A program made the position numbers and the translations under genes. DNA of 64,000 bases from Sulfolobales archaeon HS-7 (GTDB lineage: Archaea > Thermoproteota > Thermoprotei_A > Sulfolobales > Sulfolobaceae). Positions within the stretch are counted from its first letter, which is position 1. Each line of letters starts with the position of its first letter. The stretch covers positions 1,408,001 to 1,472,000 of the forward strand of contig AP024596.1 in NCBI GenBank assembly GCA_019704295.1, read 5' to 3'. A model generated the notes under the pieces. It did not search any database. It saw nothing but the letters and a program-made list of their open reading frames with translations, and was not told the origin of the DNA. Positions 12,026-24,429 of the stretch are shown one piece after another.

Positions 12026-13308
12026 GTGACAGTGTCTAATATGCAATAAATGTAATCTAGTTTATTAAGTAAATTTTTATGGTAAAAATAAACACCAAGA
12101 ACTTAACTAACGGGATAATACTTAAGGGAAATTACGCCTAGGTTATACCGTGATCTACATTTATTCCGACGTAATCCCCCAAGAGTTGGGTTGGAAGAGT
12201 AAATCCCTTTTGGAGTGCGAGGAAATCCTGAGTAAGTTACAGGACGTAATTGTCAGGGAGTTCAAGGACCGCGAGTTCTCCAAGTACGAACGCGGTGTAC
12301 TTGAAGATGCTGATCGTGAGGGTGCTTTTCGGAGAGTCGTATAGGGGAGTAATTGAGCTAGCGGTTACCAATGAAGTGGTCAAGGTTTTCCTTGGCGTTA
12401 AAGATGTTCCGTCTAAGTCCTCGTTGCACTGGTTTGTGTATGAATACGACGATAGAATTAGGGATCTGCTCCTCAAGGTCTTCAGGAGATTGGAGTCGCG
12501 AGTTAAAGAGGAGCGACTTCCACCATTTCTTAGCTAAGGAGAAGTTCGGAATGCAAAGGTTGATGGACAGCTTTCCCGTGGAGCTTCCTCACGGGGAGAA
12601 GATCGTCGAAACGCACATAGAGAATCTTGTACTGGATCTCAGGGAAATTGATCCAAGAAAGAAACCTCATGAAGTACTTGCGTCTCTCGATGAGAGGAAA
12701 AGGAAGAAACTCTTCTCCCATTTCCCTGGAAATTACACGATAGTGAACACGAGGGTAGCTGGGGAAGAAGTGGGGGAAAAGCCTGTTCGGGGGGAAGTGC
12801 TTCGCCGAGATCTCCTTAAGACCCTCATGGTTTGCAAGGTTAAGATAGTTCCGGCTAAAGTTTCAACTTTAAGTCTCCTATCTGCAACGTGATCACGCTC
12901 GCGGACAGGGGGTTTTCAGAGAGAGGCAAGGTGATCAGAGTCAAGAGGGGCTTGGGAATACTGAGAGGTGGTGTAGAGTTCTTTGACACTTTCCTCAGAA
13001 CGTGAGGCCTTACGCGAGGAGCATGAGGGGATTTAACGTCTTTGCCAGCCTCTTTGGCCTGGCTTACAATATTCAGCGGTTCAGATCCGTTAAAAAGCGC
13101 TAAGATCTCCAGTTAAAACCCCGCTAGAGAAGCTCGTCCCTAGCCTTGATCCTCGAAAGTATAGAGATTAGTTGCTAGTGTACTTAATAAACTGATTTTA
13201 TATTGTTTCTTCACTAGTAATTAAACGAATTTAATTCTAAACTTACGTATTTTATAACTTTTTACTTTATCTAGTTATTCACATTAATTACACATTGGAC
13301 ACTGTCAC
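12026..13308 (+). mobile_element. IS5-family-like element (~1.28 kb), transposase pseudogene, copy A
   Basis: IRs gtgacagtgtc.aat / attggacactgtcac; frameshifted transposase with DUF772-like ESYRG..FLGVKDVPSKSSL; homologous to 25975-27245. Confidence 0.88.
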
Positions 13309-13448
13309 GTGATTTTCCCCTAATTTAGAAATCATCTTATCCCTGGTGAAATTGATAAAACAAGACTACCTTAAAAAAAGAATATTCCTACATTTTCTTG
13401 CTTGTTCTAATTGTTTATATAAAAAATTCCTTATAAACATAGATAATT

Positions 13449-15749
13449 CTAAATTAATTTTAGATTAAATAAGAGTTTTTTATTTTCTATAATTATGACT
13501 AGTATAATTAATACGATAAGCAAAATAGTATAAAAAATAACTAGTATGTCATTTAATGAACTGTAAACATAATCTAGCTTTATATTAGAATTAGTTATAA
13601 CTACGAAACTTTCATTGGAATATACAGGTATAACTTCGTTACTTCCACTTGTTTTTAAGAACCTATTCATATCTTCAATATAGCTATATCTAAATATTAT
13701 AGGAAATTCAAACTTCTTATCAGTATTCTTAGTAATAATGACTTGATTTGATCCAATTTGTTTTATTTTTAAGGAAGGTATATTCTTAACATAAATAACT
13801 GAAATATTCTTTGTAGTAAAAAATATAGAGTAGTTTGTAATACTATTTAGTACTTCTTTCTCATATTTTATTGATAATATTGCTGCTTCAGAATAATTCA
13901 CTCCAGTTATATTCAAGGATCTAGCTAGCAAATTTAGCTTATAGGGATACTCGCCTTGTGGCTGAGGACTCCAGAGAGGCCCTGAAATATTTACAAATAT
14001 AATATATCTAACCGGGCTAGCTTCCTCTTCGTCAGAAAAGTTATATACAATGATCTTACTATTATTAAATATAACTGGATACTTTTGTAAAATCTGTTCG
14101 AATTTATATATTTCTTGGGAAGTAGGATAGGGGTAAAAGTCGTGAGGGATCACATTTTTTGTTAGGATAATGTAGTTTATACCAAGTATTTTCGCTGCAT
14201 TTATAACTGGTTCTAGAGAGGAATTAGGGTTGATAGGATAAATGGTAATAAACCATTCTAGAGAGTTTTTATTATAAGGAAAATAGGAATTATAGACATC
14301 CCCCTTTATTAAGGTGCTCCAAAATCCAGCGCCTACATATTGATTGTTTTGGGAGAAATTATATGCTACATAAACTCCACTTGAAGGAAGAACTAAAATT
14401 TGTGGATTTATGTCGGGTCCTCTATCTACGACTTGAGCTACCTGGTAAAGATAGTTAGGAGGATTCCACGCCTCTGCCTTCGTTATAGAGCCGGTGTAAA
14501 AGGGGTATACCTGAGCAGCAACAATTAACAAAACACATATAATGATAATAATCTTTTTCGGCACATTTAATTTTATATTAACAAAGCTAACTGAAAGTGA
14601 CAGTGTAACACTAAGCACAATGAAAAATGTAAAAGATAACCAAGGTATGTCTAAACTCCATAGGTAAGGAGTATTAGCGTAGATTTGAATGTACTGGGGA
14701 TAAATGTAGGGCAATGCCAACCAAAGATCTAAAAGGAGAAACATGAAACAAGTTATTATTTTAAGTTTATTTGCTTTATAAAATATAAAATCAATAAAAA
14801 TTAATATCTGTATTAGTAAATTTGTATATATAAGAAAATCAGTATTATTATTAAAGAATGTATTCGGATAATACGTAAGAGTAAGTGCGTGAAATATATT
14901 ACCTTGGAATGAGTCGATATATGCTTTCAATACTGCCACATAATACCTTTTTCCAATACTGGAGGGAAATACGTTTAATGCCGATATATATGATGAGAGA
15001 TAACTGAAAACATTAAGAACAATTACTGTAATTACTGACATCATTAATATTTTAAGCTTGGATTTTATGTTTTGTTTTGAGATTAACATAAGTCCGAAAA
15101 AGAAGATGGCAACGACGAGATATGCTACAAGAACAAGGGTTAAAATAGAATCAACCGATATTACGAGCAGGATAGACGCTATAATAACCTTTAGTGATTT
15201 TGTTATAAAATTATAATTATCTATAAATACTGAATAAATAAAATATAGTACCCAAGGAAATAAAGCATGAAAAGGAATAAACGTGCTAGGAAGCAAAAGT
15301 ATATCATAATATAAATTAATTCCAGAATTAAAGAAAACCTCTGCCAAGATCACCAAACAAAAGAAGAACATGTTAGGTTTAGTAGAATTTCTAATTATGT
15401 TATCATACGCTATTAGGGAGATTGCAACGTTTCCGATAAGAGTGGTAATTAGCATACTAGTGATCTCATCGTATTTACCCAGGAATAGAAAAAACATTAA
15501 TGAAAAAATATCGATTATTACGTTGTTACTTATAGAGCCGCCGTTTACGTTTGTGAAGAATAACTGATAGTTGCAAAGGTAGTTAAAGCTTAAGGGGAAA
15601 ATATTATCGCCGTAACTATAAAATATATATCTATGATATAATATTATTATAGTAGCTAAGGATGATAATAATGCCGTAGCTAACACAAACACATATTTTC
15701 TAGTAAGATAAGTCGTTAGCGCCCTGGCACTTAGTGAAGGCATGAACAA
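13449..15749 (-). CDS. Large multi-pass membrane protein, possible GT-C/polymerase-type glycosylation enzyme
   Basis: About 12-13 N-terminal TM helices with an early YGD loop motif, extracellular C-terminal domain (LGINYIIL) and C-terminal TM anchor; very AT-rich. Confidence 0.65.
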   Translation of the reverse strand: MFMPSLSARALTTYLTRKYVFVLATALLSSLATIIILYHRYIFYSYGDNIFPLSFNYLCNYQLFFTNVNGGSISNNVIIDIFSLMFFLFLGKYDEITSMLITTLIGNVAISLIAYDNIIRNSTKPNMFFFCLVILAEVFFNSGINLYYDILLLPSTFIPFHALFPWVLYFIYSVFIDNYNFITKSLKVIIASILLVISVDSILTLVLVAYLVVAIFFFGLMLISKQNIKSKLKILMMSVITVIVLNVFSYLSSYISALNVFPSSIGKRYYVAVLKAYIDSFQGNIFHALTLTYYPNTFFNNNTDFLIYTNLLIQILIFIDFIFYKANKLKIITCFMFLLLDLWLALPYIYPQYIQIYANTPYLWSLDIPWLSFTFFIVLSVTLSLSVSFVNIKLNVPKKIIIIICVLLIVAAQVYPFYTGSITKAEAWNPPNYLYQVAQVVDRGPDINPQILVLPSSGVYVAYNFSQNNQYVGAGFWSTLIKGDVYNSYFPYNKNSLEWFITIYPINPNSSLEPVINAAKILGINYIILTKNVIPHDFYPYPTSQEIYKFEQILQKYPVIFNNSKIIVYNFSDEEEASPVRYIIFVNISGPLWSPQPQGEYPYKLNLLARSLNITGVNYSEAAILSIKYEKEVLNSITNYSIFFTTKNISVIYVKNIPSLKIKQIGSNQVIITKNTDKKFEFPIIFRYSYIEDMNRFLKTSGSNEVIPVYSNESFVVITNSNIKLDYVYSSLNDILVIFYTILLIVLIILVIIIENKKLLFNLKLI

Positions 15750-15787
15750 CTTATTAATTTTTTAGTAATAAGCATTTTTAGGGCTGA

Positions 15788-16672
15788 ATGGATATAGCGT
15801 CATGTATAGTCACTTATAATCCTGATTATGAACTCTTAGAATCAACATTACATAAATTGAAAACCTCGGGATGTGTGTCAATAGTAATTGATAATACTGG
15901 GACACATAATAAGAATATCGACTCCGATATATTAATTTATAATTACAAAAACTTCGGTTTAGGAAAGGCTTATAATCAGTGTCTGGAAATAGCAAAAAAA
16001 GATGGGTATGAGTGGCTATTATTATTAGATCAGGACTCAAGACTAAATGACCAATTTAATCCACATGAGCCAGTCCAGAAATTAGCAAAATACCAAGATT
16101 TTTACATAAAAACTGCAATACTTAGTATAAATAAAGATATTTCAACTAAAATCTTAAAATTAAATGATGACTTTTACTTAACTAAATACGTAGTAGGTAG
16201 CGGCTCGATGCTAGAAGTAAATAAGTGTTATTCGGACCCGTTTCTTGAAAACCTTTTTCTCTATAGTATTGACATAGAATATTCAGTTAGAATGAGAAAA
16301 AAGGGATATTTTCTACTTTCATATTCTAAACAGATGATAGATTACACCATGGGCCAAGAAATTAGGATGTTTAAAAGAAGGTTCAACACTCTAACATTTA
16401 AGATACTTAGCAAGTTGTTACATAAAGACTTAACTAGATACCCATATTATAAGAATACTAACAGGTATTATTTAATGCTAAGAAATGATCTATATTTGCT
16501 CCTGAGAAGAAAAGTAGACATTTCATATGTTAGATATATTCCTCTGTTGATAGCATATATAAATGAGACCGACGGATTTTTAAACGGAAATATCAAGGTC
16601 TTAAAGGCGGTTCTCCATTCCATTAAGGGAGATCTTGATAAAGATAACTTAGAAACAACAAGTGCACTTTAG
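15788..16672 (+). CDS. GT2 glycosyltransferase (rhamnosyltransferase-like)
   Basis: IVTYNP, IDN, NFGLGKAYN, LLDQDS, DIEYSVR, RYYLMLRN motifs. Confidence 0.88.
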   Translation: MDIASCIVTYNPDYELLESTLHKLKTSGCVSIVIDNTGTHNKNIDSDILIYNYKNFGLGKAYNQCLEIAKKDGYEWLLLLDQDSRLNDQFNPHEPVQKLAKYQDFYIKTAILSINKDISTKILKLNDDFYLTKYVVGSGSMLEVNKCYSDPFLENLFLYSIDIEYSVRMRKKGYFLLSYSKQMIDYTMGQEIRMFKRRFNTLTFKILSKLLHKDLTRYPYYKNTNRYYLMLRNDLYLLLRRKVDISYVRYIPLLIAYINETDGFLNGNIKVLKAVLHSIKGDLDKDNLETTSAL

Positions 16673-16681
16673 TGTTGTGAA

Positions 16682-17725
16682 ATGATGAAGGTAGTTTTTT
16701 TTAACATACCCCATTTAAGTGTTCAAAGAGGAGGAGAATTCTGGGAAAGAAGAGTTATAGAATATCTCAATTCCTTAGGGGAAATAAAAGCATCGCTAAT
16801 AACAACAGATTGCTGTTTAGTTAGCGAAATAAAACCAAATTTCGATTACGATGTTATAAAATTTAAGAAATTACTCTTTTTTAATTTATATGATTTTAAC
16901 GAGCTTTATCAAAAAATTCAAGATGCAGATATTTTATATTATTTTAATAGTTTTGTAGGAAGTCAGATTCCTCTTCTAATAAACAGAGAGAAGATCAAGG
17001 CTAAGTTAGTATTGGGATATCATGCTAAGAACGATTGGAACTTTTTACAAAGAATGTACTATCGCCTACTAGACTTTAAGATGAAAAATATTGGATATCA
17101 TCACGTATTGACTGAGTATCAGTCAAACTTATTGAAAAAGAGAGGTTATAAAAATGTTTTCATCATACCTAATTTTATAAATTTAAGTGAATTTAATCTA
17201 AATAAAGAAGATAAATCGTTTAGAGAGATAGTTGCGCCGGGGGCTACAACAATAGAGAAAGGGATAGATACATTACTATTTGTATCAAAATATTTTAGCG
17301 ATATAAAATTCTATATCACAGGTAGAGAAATAAGTTACAAATTACCTGATAATGTAATCTTTTCAGGACAATTAAATAGAGAGAAATATATTGAATTGCT
17401 AAAAAGAACCTCGATATGCTTGCTACCTACCAGAGGAGAAACATTTAGTATTTCTCTTTTAGAATGTATGGCCGCTGGGAACCTGATTGTAACCAGAGAC
17501 CTACCTGTGCTTAGAGAAGTATCTAGAAATGCAGAAACAGTTTTCTTTTCGAGAAAGAATCAAGATTTCATAATGAATATTAAAAAAGCTCTTTCCTTAG
17601 CTCACGCTGAGATTCCAGCACAAAAATCAATAGACGTAGCTAAGATGTATGACGAAAATGTAGTATTAAAAAAGCTGTATGAAAAGCTAATTTCTATTGG
17701 AGAGGGACAACAAGCAGGAGGGTAA
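16682..17725 (+). CDS. Glycosyltransferase family 4
   Basis: RGGE N-terminal motif, EKGID, ETFSISLLECMAAG. Confidence 0.9.
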   Translation: MMKVVFFNIPHLSVQRGGEFWERRVIEYLNSLGEIKASLITTDCCLVSEIKPNFDYDVIKFKKLLFFNLYDFNELYQKIQDADILYYFNSFVGSQIPLLINREKIKAKLVLGYHAKNDWNFLQRMYYRLLDFKMKNIGYHHVLTEYQSNLLKKRGYKNVFIIPNFINLSEFNLNKEDKSFREIVAPGATTIEKGIDTLLFVSKYFSDIKFYITGREISYKLPDNVIFSGQLNREKYIELLKRTSICLLPTRGETFSISLLECMAAGNLIVTRDLPVLREVSRNAETVFFSRKNQDFIMNIKKALSLAHAEIPAQKSIDVAKMYDENVVLKKLYEKLISIGEGQQAGG

Positions 17726-17759
17726 TAATGAAATAGAATTAAAAGTCTATTAGTTTATA

Positions 17760-18659
17760 TTATTTTTGAAATCTTTTATAATTATCCTTTTGTAGATCTC
17801 CTATTACTCCATGTAGAGCACCACTGATAAATAGTTTTACGCCTTCAATACCCATTCTATCATAGATAACAAAGAAATCTCCTATAATTATTTTGACCCA
17901 TGATAAAGGGACTTTTTCTCTTAATAAAAGCCAGATATCATTCCTCACTAATAAATAATACCTTACCTTGTTAGAATAGAAAAGATATGTAAATCGAGTG
18001 TAATCCCAATCCTTGTGTAGAAAAAACAACACTTTTACATAGAGTTTACCTAAAAAAGTCTTGTAACTTTGCCCTCTCTCTCCAGGCTTATGTTTTATCA
18101 TCTGTTCCCGATATACAAGGATTTTAAAGCCTTTCCTTACGCTTCTAAGGCAATATTCACTATCAATTCTGTCCAAAAATAACTCCTCGCAGAAAGGTTC
18201 GGAAATCCCGTAACTAACATTTAATATCATTCCGCTGTTAACAACCATTTTTCCCTCATAAAAATCTTCTTTAATGATATTTTTTATATATACAGAATTT
18301 AACGGATTTATACTTATAATAACAATTTTTTCATCTTTTATTGCCCTAACTTTGTCAATTATCATGTTAGGGTTAAAATTATCTAAAATACCCGTGTCTT
18401 GATCTAAAAACATTATCCATTCTTGGTTTAAGTCCTTAGCCAATTTAATGGCAAAATTATACGCCTTTCCAACACCATAGTTCCTATCAAATTTGAAGAG
18501 ATAATCTATGAGACCTCCTAATTTCTCAATTTCCATCTGATTAGAAGAGTTGTTATCAATAACGGCTATTTTGAGAGAACTGTCTATCCTTTTTATTTTT
18601 GTGACTGTATTTATCAAATCATTCAAATTAGGATTGAAAGTGACTATAGTGATTAGCAT
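17760..18659 (-). CDS. GT2 glycosyltransferase (rhamnosyltransferase-like), paralogue of 15788..16672
   Basis: IVTFNP, IDNNS, NYGVGKAYN, FLDQDT, DSEYCLR, RYYLLVRN. Confidence 0.88.
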   Translation of the reverse strand: MLITIVTFNPNLNDLINTVTKIKRIDSSLKIAVIDNNSSNQMEIEKLGGLIDYLFKFDRNYGVGKAYNFAIKLAKDLNQEWIMFLDQDTGILDNFNPNMIIDKVRAIKDEKIVIISINPLNSVYIKNIIKEDFYEGKMVVNSGMILNVSYGISEPFCEELFLDRIDSEYCLRSVRKGFKILVYREQMIKHKPGERGQSYKTFLGKLYVKVLFFLHKDWDYTRFTYLFYSNKVRYYLLVRNDIWLLLREKVPLSWVKIIIGDFFVIYDRMGIEGVKLFISGALHGVIGDLQKDNYKRFQK

Positions 18660-18720
18660 CTCGTAGTTAATAGATGATCGAAATACAAGACTTATAAATT
18701 TTAATAAATGGTTAGACGGA

Positions 18721-19078
18721 GAGACAACGCTCAGCGTATAATAAATGTGAATAACTAAATAAACTAAGAAGTTATAAAATACGTCTTTCTGCTATTAAAT
18801 CGTTCAATTACGAGGAAAGGAGTAATATAAAGTAAGTTTATTAAGCCAACTCGCGAACAATAACGTATTCCTCAAGACAGGAGTTTTGAGCGAGATGAGT
18901 TCAAAGGTTACAAGGAGTAGAGCTGGATACTTTAAGCTTAGGAAGCCAGCAAAGGAGTTTAATCTCTCGTAATTCCCCACACTATTGTCATGATTATATG
19001 TTCTAGATAGATAATTCCTTATATTTTAAAACTCAGTTAATAAAGTAAATTACATCTGTTCCATATTGGACATGCCAC
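18721..19078 (-). mobile_element. ~360-bp MITE derived from the IS5-like element (diverged copy)
   Basis: Both termini resemble the IS ends (gaataactaaataaactaagaagttataaaatacg ... taaagtaaattacat...attggacatgccac). Confidence 0.65.
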
Positions 19079-19140
19079 AAGAATCATCGATTCAAAATAG
19101 TGACGATAAAACTTTTATAATATATAAAAATATCGCTTTT

Positions 19141-19900
19141 ATGGATGAGTCATCCGAGATTTTTACTTATGAGAGAAAAGCCTATGAAGGTACTTTAGAT
19201 GAAGAATTAAAAAATAAATTTGAAATAGATAATAAGCAAATATTATATTATATAATAAAGGAATTAAAATCTTTATTTCCTAATGGTATTAATAATATCT
19301 TAGACGTAGGTGGAGGAATTGACCCAACACTCAATTCTATAACGCAACACGTTAAAATAAATAACGCTTATAGCACAGATTTATATGTGCCACCCGATTA
19401 TATTTAGAAAGTTCTACATAATATAAAATTTATAAATAGTACAGCATATGATTTAAGTAAAATATTTGAAGAAAAATTTTTTCGACGTAGTGCTACTAAT
19501 TGATGTAATAGAATATTTATTTTACACAGATAGAACTTTAAGCGTGTTAAAAGGTATTTTCAAAAAGTCTTAGTAATATCCACTTCTAATCTTTCCTCTT
19601 TTATAAACAGGTTATTATTATTTGGATATCAGCCTCTCGGAACAGAGGTATCTACAAGCAAGCATTATGGAAGACCTCGTAAATATGATTTAAGTGAAGG
19701 AGTAGCTGGACATATCAGAGTGTTTACTTATAAAGCATTAAATGAATTTTTAAGCTACAACGAATTTGAAATCATATACCGCGATAAACAACTGGCCCAG
19801 GGAATATAATTTCTTACATAAAATAGAGAAATTTCTTTTAATTGTCAATAAATCGTTTGGTTCTAGAACTTTAGTCGTTTGTAGAAAGATAAAAGATTAA
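19141..19900 (+). pseudogene. Class I methyltransferase pseudogene, homologous to 25123..25869
   Basis: ILDVGGG motif, then a stop and frameshifts; downstream fragments STSNLSSFINRLLL-GYQP and GHIRVFT match the intact paralogue. Confidence 0.8.
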
Positions 19901-19922
19901 TCCTGAGGAGCAACTAGGGGAG

Positions 19923-20828
19923 CTATGAGTACTTAATCTCGTCAGAGTTTATTAATCCGTCAAGCAATCCATCAAGTACTGCCTTAACTCCTTTCAATCC
20001 CCTTCCTGATTTATTTGCAACGTATAACCAATAAATTACATATATTGGAAGAGAAAAATAAAAGGTAATCCTTTCAGAAGGAGGATCAAGATCTCTGTGG
20101 AGAACGATCTTTGACCTCATTGCATAGTATAACCTCATTTCGTTATATCTTTTCACTCCTTCTTTGGGATCTACATCATGATATACCCTAGCATAGCCTA
20201 ATGTGATGTTTTTATAACCAAGCTTCTTTATTTTATATTGTAAGTATCCATCTTCTCCATTCCAAGGTATTCTTTTCCAAGGTATTAACCCTGCTCTCTT
20301 TACCGCATCCATCTTGAACATATAACTGTTAGCAAATACATCCACTTCTATTACCTTCCCTTCTAGACCCTTACAAGAAAAACCAGTATATAAGGAGACC
20401 GTTCTCCTCATAAACTTAGAGAACACTGCACCGGCATACATAATCTTTTCTGGCATCGTGTAATAGCAAGTGACCGGGGCTACTGTTCCAACATCTTCAT
20501 GCTCTTCAGCATAGTTTAAAAGTTTTTCAATTGTGTTCCCTTCTACTACATTATCATCGTCGATAAAGAAAATGTAATCTCCCTCAGAAGCCTCTATTGC
20601 GTCATTTCTTGATTTAGCTACTAATGTGGGTCTCTCATGCTTTATGTACCTTACCTCTGAAAATTCATTTCTTATCATTTCCTCGGTACCGTCAGTTGAG
20701 GCGTCATCTACAACTATAACTTCAAAGTCCTTAAAGGTGGAGTCCTTAAGGGAATTTAATAGTCTTTTAAGTTTTTCCCTTCTGTTATAGGTAGGAATTG
20801 CTACGCTTACTTTTACCATTAATTTCAC
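19923..20828 (-). CDS. Glycosyltransferase family 2
   Basis: VAIPTYNR, VVDDASTDGT, SRNxAI, FIDDD, GED motifs. Confidence 0.92.
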   Translation of the reverse strand: MKLMVKVSVAIPTYNRREKLKRLLNSLKDSTFKDFEVIVVDDASTDGTEEMIRNEFSEVRYIKHERPTLVAKSRNDAIEASEGDYIFFIDDDNVVEGNTIEKLLNYAEEHEDVGTVAPVTCYYTMPEKIMYAGAVFSKFMRRTVSLYTGFSCKGLEGKVIEVDVFANSYMFKMDAVKRAGLIPWKRIPWNGEDGYLQYKIKKLGYKNITLGYARVYHDVDPKEGVKRYNEMRLYYAMRSKIVLHRDLDPPSERITFYFSLPIYVIYWLYVANKSGRGLKGVKAVLDGLLDGLINSDEIKYS

Positions 20829-21168
20829 ATAAAATTCCAGTTTAATATAATTTTTGTTCTATGTCGTTTTTAACTTTCAAGAATTTTAATTATTCAAATC
20901 TAACCCCAAACCTTATATAAGTTATTCTCAACATCAAGATATTCCATCCTACGAATGTTCCAGCAAGTTCTTCCATGGGGAAAACGCGTACCACTAGGGA
21001 TGAGGATAGCCAGTCAATGCAAGCGTTTAGTTGCTAAGAAGTCCAAGTTGCCCAAGGCAAGAAACGCCAAGGACTAAGATGTTGATGCAAGCAGGGTTCT
21101 GGTCTTGATTTTCCCATAGCTGTGTTAGAGGCAAAGAGTGTAATGCCTTGATAGAAAGAAGATATGAG

Positions 21169-21951
21169 TTATAAGGTGTATCCTATTATAAAAGGAACTC
21201 CTCTAGACAGATAGAGCAAGTAAAGGAGGAATCTGTTTCCCTTACAGATATTCCTCTTCTTTCTCGAAACTCTCACGAGGTTGCTATAAGGCGTCCCCTT
21301 CAGCACTTTTAAACTTTTACCGTACCTGTAATACTTCCTAACAATATCCACTAACCTAGCATCACCGTAGTGCATTATTAGCTTATCCTTAAGTGAAGAC
21401 ACGTCTTTGCTCGTCTTACTAGCTTCATAGTATATCAACTCGTGATCTGGGAAGACCACATCGTCAAAATTCTCCTTCAAGTTCTCTCTCAACTTCCCGA
21501 ACGTCCTGTCCAATATCTCTCGTCTGAAGAACCTCGGTAGGGCAAACCCTTTCACCGCCTCAGGAGTATTGCATTCCATTATGTTCTCCTTATCTAAATT
21601 AGCGAGTCTTATCCAGAAGGAGTCACCGATCTCTTCCTCTCCTATTATCGTCATATCGTGATCCTGAGAAGAGAGGAGAGCTAGTGCGTCCTTCCTCAGT
21701 GTCCTAGTTTCGTCCAGTAGAAAGGCATATTCACCTTTTGAGTAGTAATGAGATAAGTACCTTGCCTTAAGTAGCTTCACCTTTTCTTTGATCTCCTTAA
21801 AGCCATATTGTTGTATAATGTCGGAAACATTCTCGTCAGATGAGGAGTTGACAACTATAACTTCGTAGTCTTGGAAGGTTTGGTCTCTTATTGATTCGAA
21901 GAGGTGGTTTAAGTATTTTCCATGTAATACTGGAATTTCTATCGATATCAT
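21169..21951 (-). CDS. Glycosyltransferase family 2
   Basis: ISIEIPV..ESIRDQTFQDYEVIVV; FLLDET; KYYRYG. Confidence 0.85.
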   Translation of the reverse strand: MISIEIPVLHGKYLNHLFESIRDQTFQDYEVIVVNSSSDENVSDIIQQYGFKEIKEKVKLLKARYLSHYYSKGEYAFLLDETRTLRKDALALLSSQDHDMTIIGEEEIGDSFWIRLANLDKENIMECNTPEAVKGFALPRFFRREILDRTFGKLRENLKENFDDVVFPDHELIYYEASKTSKDVSSLKDKLIMHYGDARLVDIVRKYYRYGKSLKVLKGTPYSNLVRVSRKKRNICKGNRFLLYLLYLSRGVPFIIGYTL

Positions 21952-22061
21952 GGTAAATTGTAGACGTGTTATTTAAAAACCCTACGTTTAAGAAAAGGGA
22001 CTTCAGACAAAATTTTTACTACATCATCAATTAAATAACTCTCTATCAAGCTAAAGGACAT

Positions 22062-23155
22062 GAGACAGTATTCAATGTGTAATAAATGTAATCTAGTTTA
22101 TTAAGTAAATTTTAGCGAGAAAAATAAACACCAAGAACTCAACTATAGGGATAATACTTAAGGGGGATTACGCCTAGGTTATACCATGGTCTACATATAC
22201 GATGACGTAATCTCCCAAGAGGCGCTACATTCTTCGCCTCTAACATGTCTACAGGAACAGCCTGTCCAGAACGGTACCTAAATCAACGTTGTATTTCTCC
22301 ACGTTCTTACTCTTGGCAAACTTGCACCTCTTAAGACTAAACCATTATAGGGATTCGCTATCTTCATCCCTAGTGTTACGTGTTTTCCCCGTGGAAGTTC
22401 CCCTAGCTTTTCCCTTGTCTTACAAGGGATATGTAGTTCTTTCCTCTATTTCCCAAGAGGGGGGATTTAATCCTCCTAAAAACGTCAGGAGATTAGAGGA
22501 AATCTTCCTAAACGCTTTCTCCACTATTTGTAAGGGACTTGTCCCTCGTCCTGTTTTCCCGCCTACCAAGATTTGGGAAGTCCCTCGCTTAAACTTTAAC
22601 GTCCTCATTTATACCCACTTGATAGTATAGAAGGTATTACCATGCATGTAAAAACTAGGTAGTTTACCTCTCCCTTAGATAAAGGTCAATCTTTTCCTCG
22701 CTTTAGTCAAAATTTACCTAATTCCTACTCTCTTCAGCGAGATTTTCCCTTGCATTAGAAATTATCTTACTTTTAGTAAAATTGGTAAAACATGACTATT
22801 TAAAGAGTTATAAAGCATATTTGTCTAGGATTAAATTCTCTTACCCATGTGTAAAGCGATAATATAAAATCAGTTAATTAAGCTTTATAGCAAATAATTG
22901 CTTAATTTTCGAGAATACAGGTTAAGGACGAACTTGATAACGTGATATGTTTGGGTTTACCGAGGGACATAAACCGCCTGACCTCGTAAGCCTAGTTGTC
23001 TAAGGTATTCAATCTCTTGATAATCCCCCAGATATACTCCTATTTGAGTAGTATAAGTAAGTTATTCCCAAAATTTAGTTTTTAAACTATGCTTAGTCAG
23101 ACCTTGAGAGTCAAAGAGAAATCTCTTGTGGGGTTAATGCATACCACGCTTAACT
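22062..23155. mobile_element. Nested IS debris: IS5-like 5' end (22062-22220), inverted ISH3-like 5' part (~22400-22798) and a MITE remnant
   Basis: 22062-22220 matches 12026-12185; 22400-22798 is the reverse complement of 8783-9190 (ORF MRTLKFKR..); after 22800 it matches MITE ends. Confidence 0.7.
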
Positions 23156-23345
23156 CTGCGTAAGACCAGGGATCGTACTTGGGATGTGTTATTATATGCA
23201 AACTAATAACCTGGTCTAAGATCAGACAAAGTATAAATCATTACTGCATTAAATACATCTGCTAATGACAGAGAATTCTCTAATCTTTTCTCTTATGTAG
23301 CCTGGGTTCTCTCACAACTTTATAACTTGGGAGGGGGTAAGTTAT

Positions 23346-24429
23346 ACGTTATTTAATCCCAGACCTAAAGACAAGCTAAAAGACGTTTTTGATAGAGAAA
23401 AAGAAATAAGTATACTAAGGAATTCGCTTGATTCCCCATTGACTGTCGTTTTGGGCTTAAGGAGAACGGGCAAAACATCGTTAGTTAAATCAGTCCTTAA
23501 CAACGTAAAGGCCACTTACATATTCTTGGATATGAGAAGATTTGAAAATAGGGAATACGTAGTTTACAAGGATTTCCTAGGAGTATTGGAGAGAGAAGTT
23601 AATGCAATTACTAGAAAATATAAGGGATTAGTTGATTATGTGAAGACAGTTAAGGGAGTCAACTTCGCAGGTCTTTCTCTAAGGTTTAGTTGGGGAAAGG
23701 ACAGAGCTCTCCGACGTGCTTTCTTCTTTAAACGATTGGGCTGAGGATAACGGAAATAACGTGATCTTGGTTTTAGACGAAGCTCAGGAGTTGATAAAGG
23801 TTAAAGGATATGACGTACTACCGTTAATAGCTTATGCCTTTGATAATTTAAGGAACTTGAGTTTCGTAGTCACAGGTTCTGAAATAAGGGTAAAATCGAA
23901 GTTCTTGAGGGTTGACAATGAGAACTCCCCACTTTACGGTAGGGCCTACGTTGAAATCAACGTTAATCCCTTTGATAAGGACACGTCAATTAAGTTCGTT
24001 GAAAGAGGTTTTGAGGAATATCTTAAATTCAGTAAGGCGGAGGAGGTTTACGAAGAACTAGGAGGAAACCCCGGGTGGCTAACCTACTATGGTTACGTTT
24101 ATGTCAAGAAGGGGGACATTGACGTATTGGAGCAAACTAAGAGGTACGCTAGGAAGTTGTTGTCTATCGAGTTCTGTAATTTTCTGGTGGAGGGCAATAG
24201 ATTGCAGTCGAAGGAAAGATACCTTAAAGTCCTGGAAACGTGCAAGCTCGGTTGTTCCTGGAAGGACGTAAAGAACGCATTAGAGGCCTTGGAGGGAAGG
24301 GAGATAAATGACGATACTTTGCACACCATACTCCGCAATTTACTGGAGTACTCATTTCTAGTTAAAGAGAACAGAAGATACTTCCTAGCTGATCCTATTT
24401 TAAAGGAGATAGGTAATGTGAAGTGCTAA
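23346..24429 (+). pseudogene. Archaeal ATPase (ATPase_2/AAA with wHTH), frameshifted near 23710 and start codon mutated
   Basis: LFNPRPK..FDREKE, Walker A GLRRTGKT, Walker B LDEAQ, GGNPGWL, split over ORFs 23439..23744 and 23716..24429. Confidence 0.85.

Noticed and set aside
19066-19140. N-terminal part of ORF 19066..19407
   Set aside because: The start falls inside a MITE end; the methyltransferase more likely began at 19141.
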